Of a stretch of 51,866 nucleotides of DNA, positions 1 through 11,770 are shown piece after piece. The position numbers were made by a program, and so were the translations under genes. The stretch covers positions 5,686,996 to 5,738,861 of the forward strand of contig NC_068986.1 of the NCBI RefSeq assembly GCF_001194135.2, read 5' to 3'. This stretch comes from Octopus bimaculoides (taxonomy: Eukaryota). The number at the start of each line of letters is the position of its first letter. The stretch's first letter is position 1. The notes under the pieces were generated by a model. It was given only the letters and a program-made list of their open reading frames with translations, was not told the origin of the DNA and made no database searches.

Positions 1-229
1 GTGGCACATAAAAGACACCATTTCGAGCGTGGCCGTTTTCATGCGGGTGACACGTAAAAGCACCCACTACACTCTCTGAGTGGTTGGCGTTAGGAAGGGC
101 ATCCAGCTGTAGAAACTCTGCCAAATTAGACTGGAGCCTGGTGTTGCCATCCGGTTTCACCAGTCCTCAGTCAAATCGTCCAACCCATGCTAGCATGGAA
201 AGCGGACGTTAAACGATGATGATGATGAT
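1..229 (+). mobile_element. 3' UTR fragment of an RTE-type LINE with (GAT)n tail, cut by the window edge
   Basis: Near-identical to copies at 4655-5008, 11433-11617, 13841-14117 and 51634-51866. Ends CCATGCTAGCATGGAAAGCGGACGTTAAAC(GAT)n. Confidence 0.8.
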
Positions 230-943
230 ATATATAATGTGTGTGTGAATTCTTAATTTTGTAAATGATTGTCAGTCACACAAGCAGTGTCATGCACTTT
301 CAACATTCTAGGAGAATATGTCTGGGCATGGGAAAATATTACTTTACTTGGAAACAGGTGAGGGTTGGTAACAGAAAATCTGTCTCAAACTCTATCTGAC
401 CCATGCAAGTAGGGAAAAGTGAACGTTGAATGATGATGATATTCATTATCCATACCAGGGAAGTTGTTTCTCATGCATTCATCACCTGATATTTTTAATA
501 CCTAGCTTTTCTTCCAGTTCAGGTACTGTACTTTCATGTATGTTTATACTACACACCCAAAAGATTTCCCTCCAATCTCAACAGATCTCCCCCATACAAT
601 GTCTATGTTTTACTATCATGCAATATCAGTGAATCTTCCACATTAGAAGCAAACAGAATGGTATCTCGTAGACCTATAGAGTCTGATGCTTTCAGTAACT
701 TGTCAATTACCTTACTGCTTTCCCTGCTGCTCTCCATTAACAATTAACTACCTTTATGCTAAATATCCACTTCCATTACTCATTCCCTTAAGCTACTTCA
801 TACATACAGTCAACAACCTCTCATTGTTACACATCCCTGTGTTTTTTTTTTTTTTAAATTAGTATAGAAGGAAAATACCAGTGTGATTTCAGAGAGAAAA
901 ATGGAAATTAATAAATGCAAAGTGCAAAGAAATTCATGTCTAC

Positions 944-1024
944 CTTCTGAAGGACTTCTTCTGTCATGCCAGCGCCCTCTGTTGGCTGCTGAGCAGCTTC
1001 AGGTCCTGCTTCTGCTGCATAAGC
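944..1024 (-). CDS. PRPF19: PRPF19 exon 7
   Basis: [27 protein letters not shown]; tag|...|gtagac. Matches the GMTPEIIQK region of Prp19. Confidence 0.9.
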
Positions 1025-4000
1025 CTAGCAAAAAGAAAAGAAAATGTAGAAAAAAATAAATATTTCTGAATTTATTCTTTTACTTTCCTTTGATTTCATT
1101 TTGTTTCAATTTTAAAAAATTAAGTTTCTAAGATGAAAAATAAGTTTCAGTAAAGTTTTTATATTCTACATAAACTCAGTTATGAAGCTTCTCTAATTTA
1201 TAAAAAAAAAATAACAAATAGAAGAAAATGTAACATAATCAAATATCAAGATGGCAGCAAAGATGTATGTCTGAATAGGACTTACAGGTTGTGGTGTTGG
1301 TGCAGCATAACCAGCAGGCCCAGCAACAATACCTGCTTGGGGTTTGAGAGTAGCCAAAGCTGAAGAAAAAAAGTTTGTATTGAATTAAACAAGTGTTGCA
1401 ATGGAAACTGGAGTATAACACAAACAAATCAAATACAGACTATAACAATTGATTCTATTTTCTATGAAAAATTTATGTTGTAATGAGCAGAGTATGGAAT
1501 AGAGACTGTAAAATGATGTTGACAGAAACTTTACCTTCTCTTGCAGCAGTTACTTCCTTTGTGAGACGAGCTATTACACGACAGGCAGCATCATGCTGAT
1601 ACAAAGCATGAGATAATTCTGTATAAAATGAAAAACATTATTCAAGTATTTTATATGCAACATAAATTTCATTCAAGATGTAATAAAAAAAACTCTACAA
1701 TATGTATCTCAACATCAGCCATTGTCCACCAATACAATCCCTATCAAGTGATGCAAAAAATGCACAATTTGTTATAAAATGTATCAGTCAGCAATGCTAC
1801 CATTACAGAATACTGACGTAAAATTCAAAAAAATTTTTTAATAAATTCTAAGTTATTGAAAGAGATATCAACTCCTAATAATTTCTGTTCCATTTCATGA
1901 GTACTTAACTTATTTGTCATAAAATAAGCAATTGTTGATAGAAGAACTGTTGTTTATAGATATTACCTTGTCTAGCTGTCTGTAATTGTTGTCGTAGAGT
2001 GAAACTGTGTAACATGACAGCATCCTAACAGAAAAAATATAAAAGTGATAACATTAACAGCCACTGAATAAAATAAAATACATTACACAATGAATCATCA
2101 GGCAGTGCAAATACTAATTAAACTATACTAAATCAGAGGACTAGCTGAGAAACTCATAAGAATATCAGCCAAAGTATTCATCTTGGTTATATAACAATCT
2201 AAATTAGTAAAGGTACTATTTAATATATGTGCAGGTATGGCTGTATAGCTAAGATTTTACTTTGAAATTATGTAGTTTCAAGTTCAATCTCATTGCATAG
2301 CACCTTGGGAAAGTAGGCAGAAACCTGGTGTGTGTGTGTGTGTGTGTGTATGTAGGTTTGTGTCACATTGACACTGCTTTAGCTAATGGTGTCAATGTTT
2401 ATATTCCTAATAAACAAAAGTCTGGTAGCTTAAAAAACAAGTAATTTAGTATCAAGAAGGGTATCTGCTGGTCATTATTATACTGTATTGAGATACTGAA
2501 TGCATAAACAAAAAACAAAATCATCAGATATTTACCCATTCATCTTGCAAAGATTTTAGAATGGCTGGAATACTTGTAGCTGAAGGTGGTCGAGGTTTAA
2601 TTAGAGGTGAAGCTAAAATATAAAGACCATTTTTACACTGTTTACTAAAGCTGTAAGATATAATTAGTAATATAAATCAGAAGTTATCCTAATGAAAATA
2701 CAAATACCTAAAGATTAGTATTTAATTTGAAGATAAGACTGAAGTTAAAAATAACATTTTAAAATACATTAAAATTTTTACTGCTTTTGTCAATATTCAA
2801 AATGAATTGGAACAAACAAATAATAATTGATTGAAATATTAAAAAAAAAGGGAATCTGAACCTTTAATATCAACAAGAACATCAGTTGTCAGCTTTTCCC
2901 CATTCATTGGATCAGTTCCATTTTCTTGAATGTACTTTTCCAAAAGTCTACGCTCAAAGATATGACCTGATACCGGTGAAATGCAAGGATGTTCAGGGGT
3001 TTCATTGCTAACTGAAAAATAGCAAAACATTTCATAAATTTCTGTTCAAATGTTATTATATGTGGAGCTAAAAATTTCAAGTTAAAAAATTCATACTTCA
3101 GACTTATATATAAACAAAACTTGTGAAGGCATGTGGCTTAGTGGTTAGGGTGTTCAGCTCATGATTGTAAGCTTGTGTCCATGCGTTGTGCCCTTCAGCA
3201 AGACACTTTATTTCACATTACTCCAGTCAACTGAGTTGTATCTATAGAGAAAAGAGCAAGCTTTTGTCACACTCTGTGTCACGTTGAATCTACCTGAGAA
3301 TTACATCAAGGGTATACGTGTCTGTGGAGTGCTCAGCCACTTGCATGTTAATTTCATGAGCAGGCTGTTCCGTTGATCAGACCTACTGGAACCTTTGTCG
3401 TAACTGATGGAGTACCAGTTTTTTAAAAATTAAACTAAATTTTAAAAAGGAATACCCATAATACAAGACAACTGGAGTATTTTAGGTTTTTTACCCACAA
3501 CTTCCATAAAATATACGTTATTATTAAACAAGAGCATCATAATTGTAGTATACAGTATGTAGACATTATCTTTATTCATTTGAAAATGGGGTTGTTATTC
3601 TTACATTTTAAGGATAATGCAAATATAGTAAGAAAAATTCAACAAAAAAAAAATCAGTCATTGAGATTCATGAACAAAGTGCACAAAACTTTTAGATTAT
3701 AAACCTTGCAATTTTTTTAAAAATTTAATTATTAGAATATGATTGAAAGAAAATAATCAAACACAATCATTGTTTTAAATCATTCTTTTAAATGAAAATC
3801 AGTAAGCTGTATAAATCAATATAGAATTGTGTAATAGCAGTGTGTCTAGAATCCTTGTCATTAAAACATGGACAAATCATGAATATTTTCAGTCAAAAAG
3901 CAAGAAAACAAAAAGATGAAACTTGACTGCACCAACTTTTCTGAAGAATGGAACAGCTAAGTCAGAATAAAAATTGAGTCAAACTGAGTCTTTCTTTATA

Positions 4001-5005
4001 TTTGACCAATGGTCAAATATAAAGAAAGAAGTGAGTGTGGATGGTATTATGGTGAGAATCAGTTGCTGAGAAACAAATAATTCTATTCAACTAAAGATGA
4101 CTGAATGGGTCAGAAGTTCCTTTTACAATCACATAGTTTGAAGCTCAAGCACAATGTTTGGTATCTTAGGCAAGTCTTTTCTACTACAGCCTCAGGCCAA
4201 CTAATATCTTCAGATTGAAATTTGGAATAATAATATGAATACCCATTAACTCTTTAGCATTCATATTACCCTGTCAAATACAATGCTTATTTATTCACAT
4301 TATTGTGAATTAATCATGAATCATCTCATAGCTCCAAGATTTCAATGATGTGATTGTATATGTTTAGAATGACATTGTAGGGTAGGTGTGAGAGATTAGA
4401 TCTGGCAAGTTTGAACATAAAAGTGGTAGAATATTTAGGCTGTGTATGACTAGTTTAAAATAGTCTTTTATGGGACATATGATTAATTGGAGTAATTTCC
4501 CTAAAATGTCACCCATTGTTTTTCTGACAATTTCTTGAAGAGTCAGCATTACTGTTCTCCACCAGAGCCCCATTTAAATAGTTTGACAGTTTTCAGTACA
4601 CAAACAAAGAAAAGTGAAAATGATAATGACATTATATATATATAGACTACTGACTACTGACCGAGACCTTTGGAAATGTGCTGTGCGTGAGAAGACCCGG
4701 CAAGCCAAGTAAGACCATTGCCAGTGCCCCTGGACTGGCTCTTGTGCGGGTGGCACATAAGATGCACCATTTTGAGCGTGGCCGTTGCCAGTATCGCCTG
4801 ACTGGCCTTCGTGCAGGTGACACGTAAAAGCACCTACTACACTCTCTGAGTGGTTGGCGTTAGGAAGGGCATCCAGCTGTAGAAACTCTGCCAAATTTAG
4901 ATTGGAGCCTGGTGTTGCCATCCAGTTTCACCAGTCCTCAGTCAAGTCGTCCAACCCATGCTAGCATGGAAAGCGGACGTTAAACGATGATGATGATGAT
5001 GATGA

Positions 5006-5043
<38 letters not shown>

Positions 5044-7898
5044 ATCAAAATAATTATTCATATATTTATTTTTAATATGTCTAGGCAGGTTCAACTGCAA
5101 AATATGCTGGATCTTTTTGGTTTGACGGGCAACATTTTTCATTTATGTTTTATCTAGTGTTTTTTGGTACCGAAACACTTTCAAACTTCGTATACTTGTA
5201 TATTTTGTGTTATAGAACAGATAAAAAATTTTGTATTTGAAGTTATTTCATGTTAAAAATTGTCTTATTTCGATAATTTCAAACAATCACTGATGTCTAT
5301 TCAGTTGAATACAGTTACTGCTGTGGCGGTGTACATGGTATTAATCTCTGTTAGTTCTGACATTTCCTATTAACTAGACTGTTCGTAAACACGTGTGTTG
5401 CTTATTTTTTCAATTAGCGAAAAATTGTTACAAACACAGATACACACAGCGTAATTCATTATATAAACAATATATGCATATAAATTACCATTTTTCTGTA
5501 ATTTTGTCTGCTTCAAAAGAAAACAAACCAAAAAACCGGATGAAATATGTCAACAGGGAATAACATTTTTCTCACCGGCAAAAAATTATTGTTTACAAGG
5601 CAGCAGTAACTGTATTCAGCTGAATAGACATCAGTGATTGGTTGAAATTACAGAAAAACGACAACTTTAACATGAAATAACTTGCGATGTACAATTTTTT
5701 GTTAAGAAGGCTAAGAGAAAAAGTTGTTTTATATGACACATTCTACCAGTGTCCCAAGTTTGAAAGTGTTTCGTTAAGAAAACAAGTGTTGCCTGTCAAA
5801 CCAAAAAGATCCAATATGCTGGTTCTTGTAGTGTATGTCACAGGAGAACAACTTCTCTCTTTTATGATAGTGTGTTCAACATGCTTGGTTCATTGGCATA
5901 TGAATATGTTATGTCTTGTCAGCCAGAAATAACCAGAACTCTGAGCCTAGGCAAAGCAGCTGGTTTCGTTTATACTTTCAGCAAACAAATTGTGTGCTGA
6001 TCAATGCTTATATTTGTCAACTGATAAAAATCCATTATTTGCACAATGAAATCCGGACCAAATGACATCAGCGTACAATGAGATTTGGGCCAAAAATTTT
6101 ACATATTTATTCTCAATAGGGACCAGTTGATTTGGCCTTTTGGAACTGTGTTGGGGGATATTACAGAGAGATGGATACTTGAGGCTGTTATTTATAACTG
6201 CTTCTATAAACTTTGAAACAAATGTAATAGGTTGATACTTGACAACCTCAGAGAAATTGTTGAGAAATACAGTAATGTAGAAGAAAAGGACTTTGCAAAA
6301 TTGGTAGAGTTCCTGGCAACAGCTTGGTGGGTGTGAGAGTGAGTCATGAGATGCATGGCAGTAACCTTTGCATTTCGTTTATGGGCTCGTAGGAGTTGCA
6401 GTATACCATACAAAGCTATGCAGTGTTTAGTGATGGGTGACTTTTCCACCACCAAGCATTATAGACCATGCTCTTTGTCTGAACTGCTGCAGATTTGGGA
6501 TTATGAGCTTTGAGTGTAAGATGTAGCGTGGTATGCCCAAGAGAATGGTTTCACTCAATTGTCTTTGATGGATTAGAACGAAGCAGATGCACTACTATAG
6601 ATACTTAGCATGGAACTGAAGGGAGATGAGTGGTTAAGGGTTAGGGTTAGGGTTAGTGTTATAGTGATCAAACACTCCCCAGTACAGTTTACTGATAAAA
6701 CTTCAAAATATAGTATTTAGCAGGGTGACTGAAGTCATCGTTTCTCATGGAGGTGGAGCAATTAGAATTGAAATGGGATGAGAGGAATCGCCATACTTGA
6801 TAGAAATGGTGAAGAAAGAAGAATGATATGGTTGCAAGCTCTATTTTGTTATCTGATTAATAAAAAGGTTCGCAACTATTTGGTGTGCGAACTGATATTT
6901 GTCAGTTTGGTAACTGAGGTAAACCATTTAAAACAGTGGGGTAAAAGGGATTTGTTTATAAACAACATCCATCTACCTTATCATTTTGCAGTTGGACATT
7001 TAAACTTCATCGTCGCTATCCACCATCCTTGTTACCTGGTCAGCAACAAGGATATTTTACATCTCTGGTGTTACTGGTTCCAAAAGTATTTGTTAGCGGG
7101 AAGGTGAATTTGACGAAAAACGGACTTTTCAAGTGAAGACATTACAGAATTCAGATCCAATTTAAAAAGATAATTTGAGAACGAAACCGGTTACATTCCA
7201 AACTTTCGTTAGAAAATAAAAATTATAACCGTAAATCTCAAAAATTGCAGATAGTAAATTCAATACAATAATCGCAAATTAAAAAGATAAATAACTTCTT
7301 TAATGTTTTGAAAACACTAGCAACAAAGATGTAACGAAGCCAATGACAAGTTATCCATAAAGTTCCCGCTGAACTATTAATTTATAAACTAAGCCACCCC
7401 ACCAAGTTATAAATACAAAAGAATTGGATCCATCCTTCTCGAGCGAACTGAAATGAAAATAACGATTTGATCGTTCAAATATATCTAAACTCCTTTCCGG
7501 TATGTTATTTTTATTATTTATTTATTTTTTATTTTCACTCAAACTAACACATATACTCATAGTAGTGTTCCGCCAAATCTATTGATAGAATTTTATTCTT
7601 CATAAAGCAAAGGAGCAGGAGAAAGAGTTTACAACAAACATTTTCCAACGTAGTTGAATACTAAATTCAGAAGCCACATGTCGCAGAACACATTTGTGTT
7701 TTCGTTATATTGGCAACCGGCTCATGCTAATTTCATAGGCAGTCGAAACTACGAAATACTAAAAGTGATGCTGAAGTGCATAAGTTCTGCGAACTCTAAA
7801 TGGACAATGTGAAAGTTTATAAATAATAGATTTACAGCAGCAAGGACAAATTAATTATTTAATACAGAAATTAACTTACGTGCACAGCAAAGCGCCAT
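944..7898 (-). CDS. PRPF19: Pre-mRNA-processing factor 19 (U-box/WD40), 3'-partial; complement(join(944..1024,1286..1359,1535..1618,1967..2024,2536..2612,2862..3011,7880..7898))
   Basis: Spliced translation [139 protein letters not shown]...GMTEEVLQK matches the Prp19 U-box and coiled coil. All introns are GT-AG and in phase. The WD40 exons are not in the window. Confidence 0.97.
1286..1359 (-). CDS. PRPF19: PRPF19 exon 6
   Basis: [25 protein letters not shown]; cag|...|gtaagt. Confidence 0.93.
1535..1618 (-). CDS. PRPF19: PRPF19 exon 5
   Basis: [28 protein letters not shown]; cag|...|gtaaag. Confidence 0.95.
1967..2024 (-). CDS. PRPF19: PRPF19 exon 4
   Basis: [19 protein letters not shown]; tag|...|gtaata. 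Confidence 0.95.
2536..2612 (-). CDS. PRPF19: PRPF19 exon 3
   Basis: [25 protein letters not shown]; tag|...|gtaaat. Confidence 0.95.
2862..3011 (-). CDS. PRPF19: PRPF19 exon 2 (U-box)
   Basis: cag|TTAGCAATGAA...ATTAAAG|gttcag; [34 protein letters not shown]. Confidence 0.95.
3124..3418 (+). mobile_element. tRNA-derived SINE, degenerate
   Basis: A-box-like GTGGCTTAGTGGTT head. The 3' half (GTGTCTGTGGAGTGCTCAGCCACTTGCA...GCAGGCTGTTCCGTTGATC) is shared with 43387-43763 and 51110-51430. Confidence 0.7.
3989..4029. repeat. Perfect 41-bp palindrome (20-bp arms, 1-nt spacer)
   Basis: TCTTTCTTTATATTTGACCA-A-TGGTCAAATATAAAGAAAGA. Confidence 0.95.
4250..4460 (+). mobile_element. piggyBac-type (TTAA) MITE, degenerate copy
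   Basis: TTAA|CTCTTTAGCATTCA start; homologous to 15430-15649 and 48829-49049. Confidence 0.6.
4655..5008 (+). mobile_element. RTE LINE 3' end (ORF C-terminus plus 3' UTR and (GAT)n tail), followed by (TA)n
   Basis: Encodes [19 protein letters not shown], an RTE ORF C-terminus-like stretch, then the shared 3' UTR. Confidence 0.8.
5109..5812. mobile_element. hAT-type non-autonomous element (MITE), about 704 bp
   Basis: 26-bp TIRs GGATCTTTTTGGTTTGACGGGCAACA / TGTTGCCTGTCAAACCAAAAAGATCC; perfect 8-bp TSD AATATGCT; internal inverted arms at about 5240-5323 and 5601-5685. Confidence 0.9.
7880..7898 (-). CDS. PRPF19: PRPF19 coding exon 1 (MALCCA+1 nt)
   Basis: ATGGCGCTTTGCTGTGCAC|gtaagt; 19 nt, in phase with exon 2. 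Confidence 0.9.
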
Positions 7899-7912
7899 TG
7901 TTAGTGTTGGTA

Positions 7913-7957
7913 GTCACGTGGCTTCTAAACGGAAATACACAAAAACGCTACTTCCGG
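7913..7957 (-). promoter_or_regulatory. Candidate PRPF19 proximal promoter/5' leader motifs: E-box GTCACGTG (7913-7920) and ETS site ACTTCCGG (7950-7957)
   Basis: Consensus motifs within 60 nt upstream of the ATG, in a locally CpG-rich stretch. TSS unknown. Confidence 0.45.
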
Positions 7958-8299
7958 ATTGCGAAACCGAAGGCATACCTGAACACACTAGTATACACAT
8001 ACTTAGTATTATATATATGCATGTGTGATTGTCTGTGTGCGCGCGCGTATATTTTATCTTATTGAAGCTGAATATATATATGTTAATATTTTAGTAGTAT
8101 ATATATATATATACCCACACATATAGTATTTACAATTAAATTAATTTTGAATTATAACTTTCGCATAAATGTAAAAATAAGTTGTAGCTACTTAATACCG
8201 TTAAAAAAAACTAAAGTTACAGTTATTTCCCTTAAATAAGGGGAATAACCTTAGTGAAAAATAGTTCGCAGTTTTATATTTCCAACGGTAACGTTTAGA

Positions 8300-8560
8300 G
8301 TTCCCAGAGCCATCTCATGGATGGTGTTGAATGCATTATCAGAGATGTTTCTGGGGTGTTAGATCTTTCAACATCAGATCAGTTGATCCAACCAGGATTG
8401 ATCAAGTCCCAACCTGCATCCCAGTAGCAGCAAACCACCTCTCTGTCCAAAGTCCCCTCTCTCTGTAGCTTTAGTAATGGAATTTATAACCCTTCTCTTT
8501 GTTGCACTAGTAATTCCAATCCCAGTCGAAGAATATGGCTGAATATGCAAAGATATTGAC
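8300..8560 (-). mobile_element. Degenerate 3' end of a HERO/R2-like (REL-endonuclease) non-LTR retrotransposon
   Basis: GIGITSATKRRVINSITKATER resembles the HERO ORF C-terminus. It is followed by CTGATGTTGAAAGATCTAACACCCCAG...CATCTCTGATAATG, resembling the HERO 3' UTR (recalled, not searched). Confidence 0.5.
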
Positions 8561-8984
8561 ATTATAAATTAGTGCACAATGAAGAGATATGCACGGTATT
8601 CCGTACATAGACCTTCAACCGAATGCCCAAAATTCATGCCATTGGCTCATTTAAATTATTTCTGTTGCTTCATTTTATTTTTAATTATGCTAATATTGGT
8701 TCAAATGGTTTATAACTATTTTCCTATATGTATGTTTGTCCTTCATGTCTCTGAAGATGACCAAGTTATCAGCTTTACATTTTGTGGGTCCTGAGATGAT
8801 TTATTAACCCAATGTTAGCCTGAAATCTTTGGTTACAATGGCGGTATGTAATACAGAATCTAAACTCGATGGGACTCTTACATTCTGTGCAGCCCTCTTC
8901 TCTGGTCATATATGACTTTGAGTACTGTGCAGTAGAGTACACAGCACTACCCCCACTGTAAGTGATCTTGAGCTAGATGTTCCC

Positions 8985-9100
8985 ATACGACGACTCTTAA
9001 GAGCCAACTACTTGTTCACCAAAGATCTGTTTTAAGAGTCTAGAGTCAAGCATGTCTGCTACATGACCACTTCACTGTAGCTGGAATTTTCTGTACATAA
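8985..9100 (-). mobile_element. RTE (BovB-like) ORF fragment
   Basis: LQ*SGHVADMLDSRLLKQIFGE resembles the conserved RTE motif LRWAGHVARMPDxRLPKQxFYGE. Confidence 0.6.
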
Positions 9101-10398
9101 CAAATTAACCAAGTACTATGCAAGCATGGTTTGACTATACAGCATTAAATTTAATGGGTTGTTCAAATGGATGGCAGTGATGATGTATTAAATCTTTTAC
9201 CTTTTACTTGTTTCAGTCATTGGATTGTGACCATGCTGGGGCACAACCTTGAAAGGTTTTTAGTCAAACAAATTAACAATTATTTGTTTTTTGTAAGTCT
9301 GGTAATTATTCTATCTATCTCTTTTGGCAGTAACTTTCTTCAACTGAATACACATCGTTGATTGGTTGAAATTACCTAAATACGAAAACTTTACCACAAA
9401 ATAACTACTAAAATAGGAAATTAAATATTCTACCCACTTTATGTTCAAAGTGGCCAGATATGACTTTTCACACATACCCAACAATGTCATTCTAGAAGTA
9501 AAGAATCAAATCATCAAAATCTTGAAGCGACAATGGGCCTCCATACAACAGTTTTCACAAGCTAAATTTCACTAATGATTTGATGCTACGGTGGGAAACA
9601 TTTGTCCAAGATGCTGTGCAATGAGCTTGAACCTGTATTACAGCCAAGCTTATACCACACAATTATCTACTCATTTTTTTCCTCTATCACCATAAAATCA
9701 TTACATATTTAAGCTACTTATACTAAGGATATGGTCTGTCAGGCTATTAACAAAGTCTCTTATGCATTTCTTATCACATAGGATGTTTCTGTTTACCATC
9801 TAATAGTATAGCTGGCACTTGCAAGCAAGTATGATTTGGTGTTGAGTATCATGCTTTTGCTAATTACATAGGTCTGTAACCAAAAAATTGTTTCACATTT
9901 ATTGGGTCAAATTGGTCAATTTTTACCTGATTTCAAGAATTACAAAGAAATTCCATCATGTACAATTTCTTCACAAAATCAATCATTGCATTTTACCATT
10001 ATGCATGAATCGACTATTGTCTTTTATTATTATTATATTATTAATTGTCATATTTAATTAGACTATAACACTATAACTGATAAGAGTATTTTTGTAAGAT
10101 AAGCATCTGGAAATGTTTAGACAATTTCACCTACACAGAGAGGTGCCTGCAACACAATAGCTTCAGTCATGTGCAAGCAGTGAAGAGAGAAAGACAGGCT
10201 TTACAGGGTTACATTGCATAAGTTAAAATGTATCTTTTTTTTTTCTTATTCCAGTTATTTCCTCAAGCTTTTCCAGTGCATATATGCTACATACATTGTT
10301 TTATTGTATCATATGTTACATTTCAGTACATGTAGTTAAAAATATAAAAATATCCCCTTCCCCTTTGTTTATAGACCTCCACATCATTTGAAACAGAA

Positions 10399-11770
10399 AT
10401 GTTTTCTAGAAGGTGTGCAGCAAGCCCAGATAAAATTTGTTACATTTTTTGGCAAATTCAGTACTAAAATGTATCAGAGAAACATTACGGAATTTGTCAA
10501 AAATTCTTACTATGTCTGTGTTGATGTGAAATTAGGAGATGAAGGTAAGAAGTAAGCTTCTCATAGGGCCTACTTAATTTGTGCAGAAGAACTAAGACTG
10601 GACAAAATGTACAATGAAGTCATTTCATTTTGGGGGTTCCAATAATATGGAGAGAGTCTAAAAATCAGTGATGACTGTTACTTTTGCTCATGTAAAACAC
10701 AGGAACACAATTCAAAGAGTGGAAAAAAAAAACATTGTTTAAGCAAATCTCCCATCTGCATTGTGACATTTCAGTCTCATCACCACTAGGAAACCTTGAA
10801 GGCATACACTTGATTTCTGAGTCAGAAGACAGATATAATAATGAAGATGAAGACTCCCATAGTAATGAAGGTAAAGAACCTCAACTAGTGTGAATTAAAT
10901 GATCTATCAAGGGACTTAGGGTTCCCATAGTAGTCAATAGAGCTTTTAGATTCCAGACTTAAATCAAAGAATCTTTTAGCTCCTAACGTATAATTTTATT
11001 GGTATTATAACCAAGAAAAAGAATATGTTCCTTATTTCACTGCAAAAAATGATTTGGTTTATTGTATGGAGCCATCCAGACCAATAGGAAAGCTTAGCAT
11101 AAGTTACAGCTCTGATGAATGGAATTTCTTTATTGACTCTTCAAAAAATGTCATAAAGCTGTTCTACTGCATAATGATAATGAATATGCTTCCTTCCCTG
11201 TTGGATGCTCAGTAACCATGAAGAAAACAAATGAAAACTTGATGTCATTCTTACACAAGATTAAATTCAAAGATCACAACTGGATGATTTGTGGTGACTT
11301 GAAAATAATTTGCTTGTTCCTTGGACAACAGTCAAGCTATACAAGTTTCCTTGTTTCTTGTGTAAATAGGCCAGTAGGGTCAAGAACCTCAATTGACCAG
11401 CTAGAGATATATTTACATGAGGAACAAAGAATCGTGCTGGTGGCACGTAAAAGCACCCACTACACTCTATGAGTGGTTGGCGTTAGGAAGGGCATCCAGC
11501 TGTAGAAACTCTGCCAAATCAGATTGGAGCCTGATGTAGCCATCTGGTTTCATCAGTCCTCAGTTAAATCGTCCAACCCATGCTAGCATGGAAAGCGGAC
11601 GTTAAACGATGATGATGAAAGTTTGGTTGACCTATAAAGGGTTTTGCCTGCTCTACATATAAAACTTGGTCTCATGAAGCAGTTCGTAAAAGCTTTGCCA
11701 TAGGATGAAGGGGGCTTCTGATATTTGCATAGCAATTTTCCTGCACTGTTGGGGCATATCAGCAAATGCT
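10399..11770 (+). mobile_element. Decayed DNA-transposon transposase, Chapaev3 (CMC superfamily)-like, interrupted by an RTE tail
   Basis: Broken frames give MFSRRCAASPDKICYI/GKFSTKMYQRNITEFVK..KLGDEGKK*ASH, GVPIIWRESKN/DDCYFCSC, HNWMICGDLKIICLFLGQQSSYT and LHIKLGLMKQFVKAL, collinear with that family. Many stops and frameshifts. Confidence 0.75.
11433..11617 (+). mobile_element. RTE 3' tail inserted into the Chapaev3-like fossil
   Basis: Same sequence as 1-229; transposase motifs resume immediately after the (GAT)n tail. Confidence 0.8.

Noticed and set aside
4574-4921. Similar ORFs at 4574-4921 and 13691-14041 ([18 protein letters not shown]) suggesting paralogues
   Set aside because: Antisense readings of the same RTE 3' UTR repeat.
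6633-6658. (TTAGGG)n run as a telomere or chromosome-fusion scar
   Set aside because: Only 3-4 units; similar runs occur inside MITEs in this window (38537-38598).
6992-7136. Plus-strand exon-like frame [16 protein letters not shown]..., vaguely like MRPL9
   Set aside because: Similarity is a few residues, no partner exons were found, and it is antisense within PRPF19 intron 1.
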